DNA of 55,366 nucleotides, from positions 1 to 55,366 of IMG/VR virus record IMGVR_UViG_3300034061_002140. One strand, given 5' to 3'. Shown here piece after piece: positions 51,090 through 55,366 of the stretch (within the stretch, counting starts at the first letter, position 1; every line of letters starts with the position of its first letter). The stretch comes from a virus. Taxonomy: Duplodnaviria; Caudoviricetes. Position numbers and translations under genes: made by a program. Below the pieces are notes generated by a model. That model was not told the DNA's origin and ran no database searches. It was given only the letters and a program-made list of their open reading frames with translations.

Positions 51090-51533
51090 ATGCAGGTCCG
51101 CAAGGCCACCTACAAGGACATCGCCGCGGTCGTGGACATCGCGGTGGAGTCGGTCATGCGCGATCCCCTGCCGGTGACCGTGGACCGCGAGGCGATGCGC
51201 GAGATGGCCATGCAGTGCCTGAACCCGGCGCACTTCATGTGGGTGGGCGAGGACGACAGCGGCAACGTGGTGGCCGCGGTGGCGGCGATGACGCAGCGCT
51301 CGTTCTGGTATCGCGGGCTGCAGTGCTCGGTGCTGCTGTACTACACGCGCCTGCCGGGCCTGGGCGCGGCGCTGCTGCGCGAGTTCGCCCGGTGGGTGAA
51401 GTCCCGCACGGGAGTCAAGGTCGCGGTGCTGGAGCTCGAGCCCAGCACTGATGTGCGGCTGCTCCGGTTTCTGCGCCGCATCGGGTTCGTGCGCAAGTCG
51501 ATCAACATGAGCTACGTCAGGAGCGCAGCATGA
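51090..51533 (+). CDS. GNAT-fold acetyltransferase-like protein
   Basis: VRKAT..DI, G.GAALLREF..W.K, L.RIGF; typical position among podoviral internal-protein genes. Confidence 0.7.
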   Translation: MQVRKATYKDIAAVVDIAVESVMRDPLPVTVDREAMREMAMQCLNPAHFMWVGEDDSGNVVAAVAAMTQRSFWYRGLQCSVLLYYTRLPGLGAALLREFARWVKSRTGVKVAVLELEPSTDVRLLRFLRRIGFVRKSINMSYVRSAA

Positions 51534-52267
51534 GCAAGGTAGTTCGCGGCATTGGCCGAGCCGTCGGCAAGGTCGTCAAGGGCGTGGTCAACACCGTCAA
51601 GAAGGTGGCCAAGTCGAAGTTCGGCAAGATCCTGATCGGGGCTGCGCTGGTGTACTTCGGTGGCGCGGCGCTGATGGGTGGCATTGGCGGCGCGTCTGCT
51701 GGCGGCCTATCGGGTGCGCTGACTGGGGCTTCAAAAGCCGTGAGCGGTGCATGGGGTGCCCTCACCAGCGGCAGCGTGAGTGCCATGGGCAGCGCCTTTA
51801 CGGGCTCCTACGGCGCTGGTCAGGCGGCTGTCACCGGCTTGGGCGGTAGCGTTGCCGGCACAGGCCTGTCTGCTGCAGCAACAGGCGGCGGCACAGGCGC
51901 TGGCTTGAGCGTGCCAACAGCAGGGTCAGCGACCGGCGCTGTGGGCGGCAGCAGCCTAGTCCCTGCAGCAGCACCGAGTTACTCCCTCGCCGGAGGAGCC
52001 GCCGGCAGTGGCGCTGGCCTGTCGACGGCCGGGATGAACATCGCCCCAGGCCTGGGTGGCGCAGGAGCCGGCGCCAGCAAGGGCTTCATCGCCAGCGCCA
52101 TGTCCAGTCCCTACTTTGCGCCGGCTGTAGTCACGTCCGGCACGCAGCTCGTCGGCGGCGTCATGCAAGGTGTTGGCGCGCGGCAGGAGCAGAAGCGCCA
52201 AGAGCAACTGACGGCTGAGCAGAAGGCTGCCTACAACCGCAACATCGCCAACTTCCGCTACGCCTGA
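51530..52267 (+). CDS. Gly/Ala-rich ejection (DNA transfer) protein
   Basis: Basic amphipathic N-terminus, hydrophobic segment, Gly-rich body. Confidence 0.7.
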   Translation: MSKVVRGIGRAVGKVVKGVVNTVKKVAKSKFGKILIGAALVYFGGAALMGGIGGASAGGLSGALTGASKAVSGAWGALTSGSVSAMGSAFTGSYGAGQAAVTGLGGSVAGTGLSAAATGGGTGAGLSVPTAGSATGAVGGSSLVPAAAPSYSLAGGAAGSGAGLSTAGMNIAPGLGGAGAGASKGFIASAMSSPYFAPAVVTSGTQLVGGVMQGVGARQEQKRQEQLTAEQKAAYNRNIANFRYA

Positions 52268-52278
52268 AAGGAACGACC

Positions 52279-52854
52279 ATGGCAGGACTGATCAAAGACC
52301 AGATGGCGCCGTCGTCGGACGTGGACGACGCCATGCAGCAACCGCCCGTCACCACGCCAGCTTCAGGGCCGCAGGAAATGAATGCCCAGCAGCAGGGCCA
52401 GGAGCCCGCTGGTGAGGGCGTTGACCCTGAGTCGGACCCTGGGTATCAGCAGGCCGCTCAATTCGCCATGGAGGCCCTGTACAAGAACAAAGCAGCCAAG
52501 GACATTGCCAAGGCACTCAAGACTGCGCGTGACCCGGTGGAGGCGCTGGCAAACACCGCCTACGAGATCATCACCATCATCGACGAGCGCACCGACGGCG
52601 CGGTTCCTGACGAGATGCTGGCCGCCTTCGCGACCTTCGTGCTTGAGGAGATCTCTGAGATCGCCGAGGCGGCCAACGTCCCTCTGCAGCCGTCCGACGT
52701 GGCGATGGCCCTGAAGCAGATGATCCTGCGCTTCTTGGGCGAGCAGGGCGTGGACACGACGCAACTGCAGCAGGCCATGGACCAGGTCGACCCTGAGGAG
52801 TTCAACCGCATGGCTGAGGGCGAGGAGCCTGAGCTTGAGGAGATGCCAGCATGA
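52279..52854 (+). CDS. Acidic hypothetical protein of ejection operon
   Basis: RBS AAGGA; helical. Confidence 0.7.
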   Translation: MAGLIKDQMAPSSDVDDAMQQPPVTTPASGPQEMNAQQQGQEPAGEGVDPESDPGYQQAAQFAMEALYKNKAAKDIAKALKTARDPVEALANTAYEIITIIDERTDGAVPDEMLAAFATFVLEEISEIAEAANVPLQPSDVAMALKQMILRFLGEQGVDTTQLQQAMDQVDPEEFNRMAEGEEPELEEMPA

Positions 52855-53837
52855 GCGGACTGATCTGGGCCGGGATCGGCAAAGGCATCGCAGATGCCGG
52901 GACCACCTTTGGCAGCTACATGCTGAAGGACATCGAGGACCAGCGCAGACGCGAAGACGAGGAGCGGCGCGAGGCCAACGCCATCAAGCGGGCCGAGGAG
53001 GCTGAAAGGATCCGCGCCGAGCGCGAGGAAAAGAAGGCCGAGACGCTGAAGCAGCGCGTGACCACGGAGACCGCGCAGGTTGAGCAGCGCGCCACGCAGA
53101 TGGGGACCGAGCGCCGCACTGCGCGCTTGGACTCAGACGCTGGCAAGCTGTCCGCGTCCAGCATGGCGGAGGACCGAGAGGGCCTGGCGATTGACAAGGA
53201 GAAGATGCTCGAGCTTCTCCGAAATGATCCAGCGCTTCGCGAGAGCTACCGCAAGTCGGGCCTGATCGAGGGGGCCGCCGAGTCCACCCGCGACCCGCGG
53301 ATGATCGCTGCCGAGGACCGCGTGACTGCGGCCATGGGCATCGGCGCGCACTCGTCTGTGCTGGACGCTTACACGAAAGCCAAGGCGGACACGCTGCGCG
53401 AGGTGGCCGAGGAGAACAGAGAGAAGCAGCGCGCCGCCGCGCAGGCTGCGACAGATCTCAGGCTGGATCAGCAAGGCAGGAAGACGGATGCTCTGGTGGA
53501 GTACCTGGGAAGAAAGGGCGGCGTGGCTGAGCGCAACGCCGAGACCGCAGAACAGCGCGAGGCGCGGCTGGCAAAGGGCGGTGGCAAGGCGGCGAGCGGC
53601 GGTGGTCAGCCTGGCCTGAGGGGCATGACACCGGAGCGCCTTTCAGCGGAAGGCGAGACGCTGCGCAAGGCGGCAGACAAAGCGACCGGAGAGCGCAAGC
53701 AGAGGCTTGAAGCTCAGCTTGACGAGGTGTTTGCCGAGATGAAACGTCGGAGAGAGTCGGGCGGCGCGTCACCGACCGCGGCCCCGGCTCCCCGGCCATC
53801 TTCGACGACGAAGAACTACAGCAATCTCTGGAAGTAA
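52851..53837 (+). CDS. Putative ejection protein (charged coiled coil)
   Basis: Hydrophobic Gly-rich N-terminus then E/R-rich coil; ATGA-coupled. Confidence 0.7.
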   Translation: MSGLIWAGIGKGIADAGTTFGSYMLKDIEDQRRREDEERREANAIKRAEEAERIRAEREEKKAETLKQRVTTETAQVEQRATQMGTERRTARLDSDAGKLSASSMAEDREGLAIDKEKMLELLRNDPALRESYRKSGLIEGAAESTRDPRMIAAEDRVTAAMGIGAHSSVLDAYTKAKADTLREVAEENREKQRAAAQAATDLRLDQQGRKTDALVEYLGRKGGVAERNAETAEQREARLAKGGGKAASGGGQPGLRGMTPERLSAEGETLRKAADKATGERKQRLEAQLDEVFAEMKRRRESGGASPTAAPAPRPSSTTKNYSNLWK

Positions 53838-53840
53838 AGC

Positions 53841-55366
53841 ATGGCAAAGAAGTGGTCTGACGTAGCGGCAAGCGCCGCATTCCAGGCCCTCTCGTTCGAG
53901 GAACAAGAGGAAGCGCGCCGCCAGTACTTTGAGCAGATCATTGCTCCTCAGGTGCCTGAGGAAGACATTTCGCTCGCGCGAGACCAGTTCTTTGCCGACA
54001 CGACACGCAGCGCCGGCGGTGGCCGCGGATTCATCAACCCGCCGATGGCCGGGCAGCCGCAGCCGACCTACCCCAAGCTGCGCCCTGCGCCTGCACCCGC
54101 GACGGACTACTCCGACATGGCGACGGCCATGCAGGGTACGCCGATGTCTCGGCCGCAGCCCGCTGCACCGGCGCCAGCGCCAGCGAAACCGCCGCCCTAC
54201 AAGAACCGACTCGAGGCCCTTGACGACGCCGTCAACTTGGTCGAGGAGGGGGCAGACTTCAAGAAGGTGGCCCAGGCCTTCTCGCAGATTGGCATCGGCG
54301 AGGGCGACATCATGTCGCACGGCAAGGCGCGCAAGTCGCCGATGTTCGATCTGCCGGAGATGTCTCGCAAGCAGATCGACCAGTACGTCAAGCCGCAACC
54401 GCAGCCGATGCCGGAGCCGACGGGCACCATCACTGCGGTCGAGCCAACGGCGCTGCAAGAGATCGGTAACACGTTCAAGCGCGGCTCGCTGCAGGCCGGC
54501 CAGATCCTGGACAACTTGTCCTTCAAGGCTGGCATCTTTGACGCCAGCACAACCGCCGAGCGGATGCGCGAGCGCAACCGCCAGATGGGTGCGGCAGCGC
54601 CTTCGGGCGATGTGGCCGAGGGCCTCGAGCGCCTGCAGGCTGCCAACGAGACGGGCGACTACGGGACCGTCGCACGCGAGGTGCTGGACCCCAGCAACTG
54701 GAAGGCCCTGGCTGCGCTGGTGGCCGAGTCCGCGGTGGCATCCTCGCCGGCCATTGCCGCAACCGTTGGCGGCACCCTGGTGGCCGGACCCTTCGGTGCG
54801 GCCGGCGCCACTGCGCTGACGTCGTTCACGATGGAGTACGGCGCCGCGGTAGGCGACGTGCTGGAGAAGCGCAAGGTCAACCTCGCTGATCCTGTTGCGG
54901 TGCGCCGCACGCTTGAGGACCCCGAGTTCATTGCTGAGACGCGCGAGCGCGGGCTCAAGCGCGGCGTCCCGATCGCGGCGTTCGACGCGCTGTCGGCTGG
55001 CTTTGCCGGCCGCTTCGTCAAGACCGTCGAGCGCGCTGTTGAGTCTGGCGCCATCGCGGCCAAGAGCGCGCCCCGTGCATTCACTGTTGCCGGCCTGAAG
55101 GAAGGCGGCCTGCAGGTCGGAGCTGGCATGGCGGGCGAGGCAACGGGCCAGGTTGCCACCGGCGAGAACAAGCCACTGGACGTGCTGATCGAGGGCCTGG
55201 CTGAGCTGCCTGGCGGCGTCGCTGAAGTTGGCGGCAACCTCTATTCGTCGCGCAACCGCACGCCCGAGGGGATGATCGCGAGCGCGATCAGTGGTGCTCC
55301 AGGGTATAAGCAACGTGATGTCGACGCGCGTGCGGCCTCCGAGTTCGCTGCACCGCTGCCGACAAT
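53841..55366 (+). CDS. Large ejection/DNA-transfer protein, N-terminal part, 3'-truncated (absent from ORF track)
   Basis: MAKKWSDVAASAAFQALSFEEQEEARRQYFEQIIAPQ resembles N-termini of P22/Sf6-group DNA-transfer proteins; frame is open to the window end. Confidence 0.8.
   Translation, partial: MAKKWSDVAASAAFQALSFEEQEEARRQYFEQIIAPQVPEEDISLARDQFFADTTRSAGGGRGFINPPMAGQPQPTYPKLRPAPAPATDYSDMATAMQGTPMSRPQPAAPAPAPAKPPPYKNRLEALDDAVNLVEEGADFKKVAQAFSQIGIGEGDIMSHGKARKSPMFDLPEMSRKQIDQYVKPQPQPMPEPTGTITAVEPTALQEIGNTFKRGSLQAGQILDNLSFKAGIFDASTTAERMRERNRQMGAAAPSGDVAEGLERLQAANETGDYGTVAREVLDPSNWKALAALVAESAVASSPAIAATVGGTLVAGPFGAAGATALTSFTMEYGAAVGDVLEKRKVNLADPVAVRRTLEDPEFIAETRERGLKRGVPIAAFDALSAGFAGRFVKTVERAVESGAIAAKSAPRAFTVAGLKEGGLQVGAGMAGEATGQVATGENKPLDVLIEGLAELPGGVAEVGGNLYSSRNRTPEGMIASAISGAPGYKQRDVDARAASEFAAPLPT

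Larger units (their letters stand above)
1..55366. mobile_element. Near-complete temperate podovirus-type phage genome (excised/virion configuration, circularly permuted, gap inside the giant ejection gene)
   Basis: Integrase/xis/attP, repressor/Cro, replication, terminase-portal-scaffold-capsid, short-tail, ejection and lysis genes all present; no host housekeeping genes; no tail tube or sheath genes recognised. Confidence 0.95.

Overview
The window is most of the genome of a GC-rich temperate, short-tailed (podovirus-type) bacteriophage. It is apparently in excised or virion form, because an intact attP sits internally, and both window ends fall inside what is probably one giant ejection-protein gene. 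Order: giant multidomain internal-virion protein (5'-truncated); a cassette of structural and repeat proteins; an LPD38-type ejection protein; 3TM holin plus GH24 lysozyme; attP (3' end of tRNA-His, two IHF sites, arm repeats), tyrosine integrase and excisionase; a leftward early operon (SF2 helicase, PD-(D/E)XK nuclease, DUF669 SSB-like protein, Sak4-like ATPase, MazG-like protein); an XRE repressor/Cro switch; a primase-helicase followed by an inverted-repeat origin candidate; RusA; a Q-like antiterminator; small nin-like genes; terminase, portal and an inserted lectin-like fibre module; scaffold and N4-gp56-type capsid; tail adaptor, nozzle and fibres; a ferritin-like protein; and an ejection-protein operon. 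The most notable signals come from reading the DNA: (1) a degenerate 16-bp operator (TATCA-CAATGC-TGATA) in most intergenic gaps, including late promoters; (2) three similar late 'sigma70 promoter + short leader + intrinsic terminator' units; (3) a LexA-type SOS box immediately before the Q-like gene, in a phage whose repressor lacks a self-cleavage domain; (4) an ejection-operon protein built from strict 11-residue multiples; (5) a compositionally mosaic fibre gene. All family assignments come from motif recognition by eye; no database searches were run. A proteobacterial (plausibly Burkholderiales) host is an inference.
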